From Raillietiella orientalis (Eukaryota): a stretch of 64,000 nucleotides of DNA. Every line of letters starts with the position of its first letter. Position 1 is the first letter of the stretch. The stretch spans positions 1,674,001 to 1,738,000 of the forward strand of contig JAYWIR010000022.1 in the NCBI GenBank assembly GCA_036172245.1. The letters are read 5' to 3'. Shown one piece after another: positions 37,701-47,534 of this stretch. The notes below the pieces were generated by a model. The model saw nothing but the letters and a program-made list of their open reading frames with translations. It was not told the origin of the DNA and ran no database searches. The position numbers and the translations under genes are program-made.

Positions 37701-39450
37701 CAGGGAGACTGGAAATTTCCCCATCAGCTTGCTTGCTTCCTCGCACAGCGAATGGGGCGCGGGAAGCAACAACTCTCGGATGGAATGTTTCCAGGTAACA
37801 GATTCGCCTCGAGGGACAGGAAGACGATTTTGCAAGACCTATTTGATGGGGAATTCAGCATCGAATACTGGAAATGTAGGTGTGACCGATGCATGCATGG
37901 TTGACGTCCAGCTGATCGGGAAGCAAACACTTCACCGACGACCCGCTCCGATTCGTGATGCCGCCGTGTTCCCCGTGGTTGTGAAGGCCGCGTCCGGTTG
38001 TCAGGTGCGTGAGCTTCCCATGAGCCGACCTCAAGAGCCACTCGAATCGAACTGCCCCACTGGATGGCGCCCCTGGAAACGAGCTGCGAAGAGGTACGCC
38101 GCTGCGTTTGCCAGCTCCTTCTTGTGAGTGCAGGAGGCAGGCGAAATCGGCGAGGAGCCGACAACTTCGAAAGAGCAACGGTAGTCATGGCGGAAAGCAG
38201 GAAGCAGGACGCTCGTATGGCTCGGAAATCTCCTGCACGCCTCCTGGAAGCCGACCAAGACGTGCAGGAGCACCCCCATGCATCGTTCGGCGATATCCGA
38301 GCGCCGGATGGGGAAAAGCGTGCATCCTCGAAGCTTGAACAGAAAAGCCTGCATCCGGGCGGAAGAATTTCCCACGGACGCTCCTCAATGCGCAGCTTCC
38401 TTCCAGCGAAGGTCACGAAGACCGAGCTCAAGGTGAGATGGAAGTTTCAGCCGTGGAAGCGCGGGGAATTTGTTCCTCTCCTGGCAGATGAAGAGCAGTT
38501 ATGTGGTTGAGAAGCGGCGTGGACTCGGCAGTTTCCGACGGCGTGCGGAAGTGGCGAGCCGTTGGACGGTATGCGCACAATGTAACCGCGTGCGCTCTCG
38601 CACGTAATCGTTTCACATCCCGGAGTTCTAGATTTCGGCATCGACAAGAAATTCAGCGGGCACCACGGCGCATTCTTGCATCTCCCGATGCAAATGGATA
38701 AGTAGAGCAAGTTTATTGGGGCCAGGGATTTCTTCTTCATTACTTTGCGTTCCGTGGATGCAGCTGTCCGAAATTACCATATTCCGATTCGATGATGACG
38801 ACAGCGTGATGCAAAGGGGCGTGCTCTCCCTTCAGTTCAGTGCAAAGTCCCAGAGAGAAAGAGCAAGAGAGGAGCGGTAAGCCAAAGTTGATCTGCATAC
38901 ATTCGCAAGTGCATCCGCTGTCAAATAAGGAAAATTCAGATCATCTCCCCTTGAGCAAAGGTAAGAGGCAACGCTCCGGTCAAGGTGCTCTTCAGCCGTC
39001 TGGACAGGGATGCGCGCCTGTTCCGATGAGTGAAGAACGGGAATTGGGGTGCGCAACAGCCGTTCGGACGAGCAAAAAGACACAGCCTGAACGGATCGGA
39101 TTCGCAGCGGAAGCAAAAAACGCTCGTCCTCGCCTGACTTGGGCATCCAACGCGTGAGGAGTGGAAGACAGCGTCCTTCTCGTGGTCTGTCAGGAGGGAT
39201 GCAGACCAGACGGTGCCTGATTTCTCATTCATGTTCCGTGCTCATCGTGCTGCGGAGGAAACCTAGGGCCGTGCTAAGAACCTGCCGCTGGCGCACCGCG
39301 GCGCGATTTCTGCTCGGAAGCTCTGCGACGCGTCCAAGGCCGGGCGGACGAAGATGCGTGCATGGCAAAGGAGAGGCACCCAAAACAGCGCTCCGGAGAT
39401 GGTCCAAGAGTGCAGCCAAGCCGCTCCGTGGCAACCGAAGCGGAGACCTC
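34800..39450 (-). mobile_element. Near full-length but heavily decayed L1/Tx1-like element
   Basis: Motifs in order on the minus strand: ORF1-like GRVAELPSRN (~39330), EN-like LCAYRPT and G*NFHLTL (~38570-38430), RT IWRVLSV, SGRSI and ACSNTLILLP (AYADDLLLL-like), PLCRDGFGILAME, then VLLVFQCNRRSH..ANCSE zinc finger (~35350). Confidence 0.65.
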
Positions 39451-39849
39451 GCAGACCAAGTGCAGTCACAGCAAGCTCATCTCGACTCCGCTCCTGTTGC
39501 GTTTCTCTTAATGCTGTGCCGACATTGATCGATGCGCTGACGCTTCAGGGCGAGAAGGGTGCAGCCGCGCGCTGGAGGGACGGCGTAACTATCCAGGAGA
39601 ACCGAGTGGCTGTCTGCCTCATCCTAGAGGCTGCACGAGGAATCCACAGCTTTTGTCCTTCCTTGTGCTAGCCAACCGAGTCCAGGGTAACCAGCGGAAG
39701 AGGGCGGCCCAAAGGAATGCAAACGAAAGAGGTCGCATACCTTCCATACGCCTGCGAGCTTCATTCCTTCCCGAGGTCCGATCCGACGAGAAGGCCTTCC
39801 CGCAGCGGGAGTGGTGTTCGGAAGCAAGCAAAAGGCGATCAAATCAATG

Positions 39850-40300
39850 TACCGACCCTACGAACCCCCAAAGTGATCATTTTAAGAACGAAAAAGTTTC
39901 GCGGGATCGATGAAGTCGGTGGACACACCGAAGGCACCTGGCCGCAGGCAAATCGGCGAAAAGTCGATCTGCCTGTCATCCGCAGCTCTCCCCTCACAGC
40001 AGAAGATCAGGACAGCAACGAGCTCTTCGCTTTTACTACTGCGGACAGCTTGCGGAGGGGAAAGAGTGGCTCAACTGGCAATGGACAGGTCCCCTTCGGT
40101 TGCTGCGGCAAGCTGTGTCAGGACGAGACAATAGGAACATTCTTGCTCGTACTTCTGCCTTTGGTGGTTGCTGGGATTCGTATTGGAAGGGTTTGCGGAT
40201 CCACGGCATTGCTCTTCTCGGAATTCGGAGGCAGGCGATCGACTGTGCACACCTTCCAAGAGTTTTACCCATGCTCTGCGTCTCGAAGGCGGTCTGCTTT
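39850..40300 (+). mobile_element. L1-like EN/linker remnant homologous to 1980-2170
   Basis: RQAVSGRDNRNILARTSAFGGCWDSYWKGLR versus REAASGCDSRQVLPRTFAYPGCWDSFWKGIR. Confidence 0.5.
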
Positions 40301-42761
40301 TCCTCCTTTTCGTTCAACCTTCCCCGACCAGCTTCACGACGCCATCGCTCTCGGCCTGCTATCTTGCCGGCCATCGCTTCGATTCACTACTGGCAAACGG
40401 AGAAGAAAAGCCTGCGCCTTGAGGAAGCAGTCGCCGAGCGAGGGGCGCACATGGAGAGCTGAGAAAATAGGGAACGGGAATCGTGATGCAGTCTGCTGGA
40501 GGGCGGAAAGGGGCGAAGGCGAAGGCATTTGCTGTCACATCTGCATGGTGAAAAATCTCGGGGAGAGGATCTTCATCACCGTGTCCTCAGGGAGAGAGCG
40601 CCGATGAACTAGCCGAGGGCGAAGTAGTCGTGCGACTGGAGTTTCTGCAGGTCAGGAAGACGTGCCTCACGATCCTCGGGTAGAAAGGATGAGAAGTACC
40701 TCTGGGTCGAGAAGCACATGACCTCCGGCTCTTGGTCCAGCTAAGAACGGTCCCACAAGAGCGTCCTTTGAGTGGCGTGTGAGCGATAGCAGTGGGAGCG
40801 CTGGTGCTGACGATTATCGCGAAGATGAAGCCGACGATCGTGGTCAAGATCTCAGGGAAAGCGACGGCTGCGATTGGAGGAGGAGAACAATCTAACAGAG
40901 ATTCCAGGTTCCCAGGCTGCCTTTCTCCGATGGGTTTAGTCATCGGCAAGCCGATGAAGGGACAGGGCTGGACAGGGGAGAAGGATGTTGTTGGAACGCC
41001 GAAGGAAGGCAGACGTGACGTTCGGCTGCGATCGTGCCGGAAGCGTCCCCCGTGCGAGCCCTCCACCTTTCCTTCAAACGAGAGCGACCTGGTGGGTTCG
41101 TGGAACCGCGCAGAGGTGAGCGATGGTTCCGGTGGCAGCGGAGGAATGGACTGCGCATCCGAAGCATCGAATGCTTCGCAGTTGAGCGGCCTAGCAGCAG
41201 CCGCCTCGCAAGCCTCCGTTGAGAAACAACTGCGCTTTCGCTCCCTGCGGCTGCGATCTTCTGAAACAGCGACCGTCCCGCATCCAGTTCGTTACTGAGG
41301 GCACCAGGGACGCAAAAAGCACACTTGCCGGAGAAGAGGAGAGGAATGTGGGAAATTCACCTGCGCTTCTCCCCGCGTGAGTGAGGGAGTTCCGACACTC
41401 CGCGGTAGCAGCACTCCGCTGCCTTTCCCTCCCGTGCAAGTGCGGTCCTCTGTCAAGCTTTTCTCTCCTCAGGGACGTGCAGGCTATCCATCTGCAGGGT
41501 TCCTTAAGGACACGAGCGGAGCACCCGAGAAAGGCACCGACATACGCAAGGCACCTTCCTGCTATTCCCGCATCCGCAGGCTGCCCATGCTGGAAACGCG
41601 ACACGACAGAAAGCAGAGGAGAAAATGAAGCAGCTCGCTCCGTTCTCCTCCATCCATTGCTCGATCTTGATGCTCGAGGCTATCTTTCCATGGAGCGCTC
41701 GCTGCAGCCGGAAAGGTTTCTTCTGGAGACGCATTCCTTGGCGCTCGTCTTCCCGCTTCCCGGGTGTTGCCGCAAGAGGCAGTTGCTGCATGTGGTCAGT
41801 TTGCAGGTTCCCGATCCGCGTTCCTGCATCTCTGGAAGCTTCCTTCCTACGAGACTGCCCGGTCGGTCCATTCGCGGTGGGAGACGAATCATCCGTGCGT
41901 CGATAGCCGAGAGCGGGAGAGCGCGCGTCTGCTGCTTTTGCTGCTCGCGACGGTCGTCGACCCTTCGACTGACGAATTTCTTCCCTGCACGATGTTCCTG
42001 TCCTTGCTGCTTCCTCGCAGCGCGAAAGGAGCTGCGGCGACGGCGGGAGCACGCACGCGCAGTAGCGATGCACAGGCTGCTTTCCGGATCCGCAAGAGCA
42101 GGAGGAAGATGTGCAGGCGAGGAGAGAGCGCGGATGCCGCCGTCGTGGACATCATCACCCGCTAGCAACGGTCCCGCAGAAAGGCGAGGGAGGAAGCAAG
42201 GCGGCAACTCGTCCGCTTCCGTCCGTCCCATCCAGCTCCCGCTGCTACCGAAACAACCGCACTTCTTGCGTGCATATCGCTCTCATGCTCACGTGTTGAC
42301 CGCCGTCCTGACGCACGCGCTCTGCACGGTGCGCCTTCTCGCGGCTTCGAAGGCCGCAGGGGTGGTTTGACCTGCATTTCCGTGACTTCGCCGAGAATGA
42401 CCGCCCCTGTGCGGCGCGAAAATGGAAAGAGAGGCGAGGGTGCAGCGGAGGTGTTTCTTTCTCTTCCTCTACCCTTTCGTGTTTGCTTTCCCCCCGCCGT
42501 TGCCACCGCTGCAAGCTGCTGTCGCTAGGGAGGAGAGGGACACTTCTCATAGCTCGCTCGGTCGCGTGCCTCCCCGCTGCTTCCTACGGCGCAGAGGTGA
42601 CATAATAGAGGGAAGCCATGTGGGTAGACCTTACCTCTCGATTCGGGCGCGCTCGACCTACCACTTGGCGGCTGAAAGTCCGCTTTGCGCCCGAGGCGGA
42701 GCGAGGGCGCTGGACACTTCCGACAGCCGCTCGATGGGAAGGATAGGCGACGGAAACGGGG

Positions 42762-44009
42762 TCAGGCGGCAGTCCGCTCGTCGAAGCGGCGGCTGCAGCG
42801 GAGGTAGTGCAGCAGCAGGTGCAGGTTCTTCTGCATGGTCCATTGCGGCATGTGGACGCCATCTCCGCAAGCTCCTTGCCTGTGGCGTGCGCGCGTGCCC
42901 GCGGAGCGGAACCCGCAGCTGGAACGCAGCTCGCGGAAGGGGCGCAACGCGCTGTCAAAGCAGGTGACGTGGTCCAGCGGAGGCTCGCAAAGAACTCTTC
43001 TGGCGGCAGCGTTGTACGCAGCGAGTACGGAGTTGCTGAAAGAGTCGGGCCGTTTCCTTACGGCCGTCGCGTCCAGCAGTTCTTCCAGGAGGGGTAGGTT
43101 GACGTGGAAGAGGGTTCTCACGCGGTGCCTTCGATAGAGGGTGCGGAGGCGAGCCGACACGAGAGACAGGTCTCGGGCGAAGCGGGGCACCGCGTCCCGG
43201 CTCCCGTTCGCATCGACTTGGTGGTGGAACCCCGTACCCAGCAGGATGTAGTCGACGCAGCGTCCTTGCTCGCAGGACGCGCGCACCGCACCCAGCAGCT
43301 CGAGCATGCGCCCGTCCGGGTGGCGGCTCCAACGAAACGTCACGTTGACGCGTCCTCCAACGAGTACGGAGAATCCGCTGCGGTCGTACACGCGCGGCTC
43401 CAGAGTGTCGCTCTTCAGCTCGACCTCGAAGAAGAGGTCTCCGGCGGAGGCGCGGACCCCGGGGAAGAAATCCGTGAACGCCTCTGCGTACTGCCTCACC
43501 CTCGAGTCCCCGACGATGAGCAGACTGAGGGGACGCCGTCCCGACCGCGGCTCGCGCACAGCACCGTCCAGGGTCCAGTCCTTCAGGTCGCGGAAGGCAT
43601 CCAGGGCCCGCGGTGTTTCCGGGTCTGCGTTTCGGTCTTGCACGCACTCCATTCTCAGGTGGCAGGAACACGAGCTGCAAGAGCCGCCGTTGCGCTCTCT
43701 CTCGGCGGCGGAGGCTGCGAGCGACGGCGGGCGTGCCCTCTCTTCGAGGCAGAGGTTCCTCGCCCGCCGAAGCGGGGAGGGGCCAGAAGCAGGAGGGGCA
43801 GGGGCAGTCGAGTTCGAAAAGGAGGGGGCGGGCAGGAGGAACGACACGCGCTCATAGGTCCCTTTCGTCCGGCGGGACGTCCGCGTGGAAGGGGGTGCGT
43901 CACTCCTCCAAATTGTCGCCGGCAGCGCCACCAAGCAAACGTAGCAGAGCAGCACCAACGCCACGAAAGCAGCAGGAAAGAACGCCTTCCGCACGCGCGC
44001 CACGAGCAT
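42762..44009 (-). CDS. Intronless membrane-anchored SGNH/PC-esterase family protein (CASD1 catalytic domain/PCED1-like O-acyltransferase or esterase), 415 aa
   Basis: Uninterrupted ORF with first ATG at 44009. N-terminal hydrophobic anchor AAFVALVLLCYVCLVAL, LIVGDSRVRQY (GDS nucleophile), YILLGTGFH, AAYNAAA and DGVH (DxxH). Confidence 0.88.
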   Translation of the reverse strand: MLVARVRKAFFPAAFVALVLLCYVCLVALPATIWRSDAPPSTRTSRRTKGTYERVSFLLPAPSFSNSTAPAPPASGPSPLRRARNLCLEERARPPSLAASAAERERNGGSCSSCSCHLRMECVQDRNADPETPRALDAFRDLKDWTLDGAVREPRSGRRPLSLLIVGDSRVRQYAEAFTDFFPGVRASAGDLFFEVELKSDTLEPRVYDRSGFSVLVGGRVNVTFRWSRHPDGRMLELLGAVRASCEQGRCVDYILLGTGFHHQVDANGSRDAVPRFARDLSLVSARLRTLYRRHRVRTLFHVNLPLLEELLDATAVRKRPDSFSNSVLAAYNAAARRVLCEPPLDHVTCFDSALRPFRELRSSCGFRSAGTRARHRQGACGDGVHMPQWTMQKNLHLLLHYLRCSRRFDERTAA

Positions 44010-44699
44010 GACTGCAAGAGCAGACGCGAGCAGTCCGCGGTCCGGCGGAGACACGCAAGCGCGCAAACGCGGTCGCCGCAGTTTCTCCGGAGGGCACTAA
44101 CCCGGCCAACAGCATGACCGTCGCCCGACCCCTCGCAGCCAGCCGAGCAAACTCCGTCCCCGTTTCATGCCCTCAGCCCTTGCGGGCAAGCCAACGGAGC
44201 TGCTGCCCGTGCCGCCTCACCCTTCCGTGCTCAGGGGGAGGGGAGGACGACGAACGCAGCTGGCAGTTCGCACGGAATTTGTTCGCGGCGTGGGTCGTCA
44301 TAACGACAACCTGCTGCCGCTTCGGGTGGGCGGAGAATTTTTCCGATCGCGCTCATCGCTCCTCTTGGGCTCTTCCTCATCCACCTTGCCCACCCGCCGT
44401 CGCTGTATGTGCGGTGAGTCGGCGGTGTACCATCCTCGATTCGTGCTTCGGGATGCCCACGAGCAGGGGGAGAGTACTTCCAGCCTGGGTACCCGCTGCT
44501 CGCACTCTCGTCGATCGGATCCACTCGCTCTCTCAACTCACGGGTCGACTGTCGCCAGCCCAAAAGCGTTGCGAGCGAACGTGGTTGCCACGCAAGCAAG
44601 CGCCGCCGCCACCCGTAGCGATGTTGTCACGAAAAATAACCATTCCTCCGAAGAGGATCGAAATCCTTTCTATTCTCTGTTTGCAGTTCTTCGACACGG

Positions 44700-45410
44700 T
44701 TCTTCCACGCCACCCGAGGGTGGGTATTTTTCAAGATAGGGGGTTCCCCGGCTGGGATCTGCCCTCTGAATCCAGCAAGGACAGGACTTCGTACCTCTCA
44801 CGACTGGGGAGGGATCCCCGGAAATAGAGATCACCTCCACCCTGGTTGTCTCCGAACGGGAATCCAGAAGGGAATCTCTTTCTACATTCTTTCCGGAAGA
44901 CCCCCGTGGCGGTCCGCTTCATGTTTTCCTCTCCGTGGGGAACCCGGGAAGTATCCGATCCTGGAATTTCCTCTCCGAAGGGATCCTCCGCAAAGGTTCC
45001 GCAGCTGTTTTTACTCCTCTCAAGAGGACCTCGACGGGACGGTTCCGCAATGCAGAGGGGCACAGCTTCCCCGAAGGGATCGGCTCGCTTCCCTGCACTC
45101 TCCGGAGAGGTGATGGGCACACCCCTACTCCATGAATACGACTTCAGGGGTCCCCCGTAAAGGGGGGGTCCTCTCCTTCGCAACTTCACTTCAACGAAAC
45201 TCCCTGTCCGTGGTTCCTGGAAGGACCCGGAGCTCGACTCCCATTTGACCTGGCCCTCATCGGGGGCTCCCGGCTTCAACCGCTACCAGTGCCGCACCTG
45301 GATGAATGTAGGTCAAGCAGCGTCATCTTGTAGCGGGGTGCAGTCGAAACCCACGACGCACTGCGTCCATTCACTTCCGAGTATTCGAACCTGCGACGCA
45401 TGATGTTACG
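44700..45410 (-). mobile_element. Second copy of the tRNA-derived SINE (A-box missing, longer 3' part)
   Basis: B-box GGTTCGAATAC at 45381-45391 (minus). Colinear similarity to 4740-5380 down to 44845. Lower boundary approximate. Confidence 0.78.
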
Positions 45411-45699
45411 TTTTTCCTCGTTAGAAACGAGGAACCTTCACACATCTGCTCCTCCCGTTCGTTGGAACCGAGGAATGCGGCAAATGACAGATGCCCAATT
45501 ATGAAGTATCAAATGAATGATCAAGGAGGCGTCTCGCCCTCATCTGGATGCACACCTTCCATAGAGCTTTCCAGCGCGCGGGCCTGGACCGCATGTTCAT
45601 TGCACACTCTGCTCTGTTCGCTCACAACTTCATGATGCTGACGGCTATCTGCAGTTCCGAGAAAACTACAGGGGTCGGTCATGCTTCCAGGATGCCGTG

Positions 45700-46260
45700 C
45701 ACCCCGTTTTCAACGGCTTGCCGTTTCAGTCCGTTTTTCGGGGCACAAAGTTCAAAGACGACGGCAAACAGCCCTTTTCGAAGTTCGCGCCTTTCAAGAA
45801 GATTCGACCGTCTGCTGGTCGCCGGAGGAAGGGTTGCGAACCGGGGCCGAGCGACAGGTCCGGCACTCTTGGAACAACAAGTACAGGGATGCTGGAACCC
45901 CCAGGAACGAAGGCGCATCGTGCGCGCGCTTGCCACTGCCACTTGCACTCGAGGGCAGCACCGGAGCGCGCCTTCGCGCAGGTGCTCTCGCGCATGGGCC
46001 GTTGCTTGTGTGCGGGCTGGGCGGGGTCTGCAGGGAATGAGCGGGCAGAATGAATCCTGCGCTCGCTTCTGTTGCGTGCGGTCGCAGAGGGACGGGGCTT
46101 CCGTTCGGGACGTCTCGATGCTGCGAGTCGCGGCGTCCGGAACGGGTTGATGCGGCACCTTCTCGATGAGGGAGGGCGGCGGTGTCTGCTGCAGCTCTCT
46201 CCTTCTTCCAGGCCACGTCCTTCAGGGAAGCGAGGGCACGTCGCAACGCTTCCATTTTTG
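45700..46260 (+). mobile_element. Possible decayed ORF1 remnant
   Basis: LLVAGGRV, AQVLSRMG and LMRHLL...GKRGHV loosely follow the ORF1 motif order. Confidence 0.3.
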
Positions 46261-46649
46261 CCTACGTTCGTGCTCGTCGCGTCCGTTTTTCCCCTCGTGA
46301 CGGGGTGGCGGAAGGGATGCGATTCTACCCCCCGCCCAGCATCGGCACGACCTTCATGGTGCCCTATCACCGGACGAGGGGTATTCGAGGGGTGTTGTGT
46401 CGTGGTGCAGACCTGGACGGTGGTGAGTACGGAAGTGCGTTCCGGTAATACCGAGCCGCTCGTGGCCCACCGCCTCGCGAAAGTAGGAGCTTTTCAGCCT
46501 GCTGCAGCAGCAGCATCGGTATCCATGTGGCAGGGCCGGCCGCTCCCCCTGCTGCACCTACAATTCCGGTCACGCCGTCGTTCTCTGTTCGAACGCCATC
46601 CAGGCGCGTCAGCAAAAGTTCCGCTTTTCGCGGTGGGTGACCTGCACTC

Positions 46650-47350
46650 TTTTGGAGAATTCGATCAGATAGGGTATCTTTGACCCTGCTTCCACCCTTG
46701 CTTTCAGGAGCGTGGCGGAATTGGAGCTGCTCATGGTTCCAGGTGGGCGCGACAGCTGGTGGGTCAACTGCAAAGCTGCAGAGCTCGCAGACCCGCAGTC
46801 TTTCCTGGACGCCGTTTCTGCATCGAAAGAGAAGAACGGTCTTCCCCTCAGAGGTGGATGGATGGATCTTTCGTCTTCGACCGAGGAGGAATACGATCGG
46901 CTGTTTCCGATCGTATCGTCGCTACAGCGCCAGCAGTATCAAAAGCTCTGATTGCTGGCACGCCCTCTGGCGGAAAGGGAACGCAATGAAGAGCTTCGCT
47001 ACAGCATGCAATGGACTCGCCGAGGGGCGCGTTTGCTCCGGAACCACCCAAATCCCGCACGAGCTGCAGATGGATCGAAGAACCGTAGTTCTGAGGTTTG
47101 CGGGGAAGGTGATGGTCGCAGCAAGTGCGTCGGAACTGGGCATCCCGAAGGGAGGTTCCCGAAAACCGAGTGCCGCTGCCGGGAGCAGCTCGGCCACATC
47201 AGGCGTACGTGCCCGGTGTTCGCGGGAAAGGCCTGCCTTCCGGACCCAAACCGGCCTGCGTGGATCGGCGTTGGGAGGAGCCGTTGGCGAATCCAAGGTT
47301 TCCTTGGTAGGATTCCTCCAGTAGAACCTTGGCGACACGGAAGTCCTCTC
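46650..47350 (+). mobile_element. L1/Tx1-like ORF1 remnant with two degenerate zinc knuckles
   Basis: ELELLMVPGGRDSWWVNCKAAELA, NGLAEGRV..IPHELQM..VVLRFAGK and KCVGTGH..ECRCREQLGHIRRTCP. Confidence 0.68.
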
Positions 47351-47534
47351 CGGAACGGTGTCCAGGAAGGCGGAGAGTGAGAGTCGTCGGGATGGCCTCA
47401 GGGTGCTTACGGGTGGACGCGCCTTCCATGCTGCAAGGAGGAACGGAACCCGTCTGGCGCAAAAGAAGCGCTTGAGTAGCGCTGTTTTCCACCGTCCTTG
47501 CAGGAGAGGAAAATGGTCTCGAAGAGGTACGTGG

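Noticed and set aside
40587..42400. Several long overlapping ORFs on both strands
   Set aside because: GC-rich and low-complexity with no recognisable domain. It could hide host exons, but this cannot be supported from sequence alone.
43104..44117. 337-aa plus-strand ORF
   Set aside because: Antisense shadow of the GC-rich SGNH gene.
45240..45280. Hammerhead ribozyme/retrozyme in the hairpin-rich repeat (CCGATGAG on the minus strand)
   Set aside because: No CUGANGA...GAAA core with proper stems in either copy.
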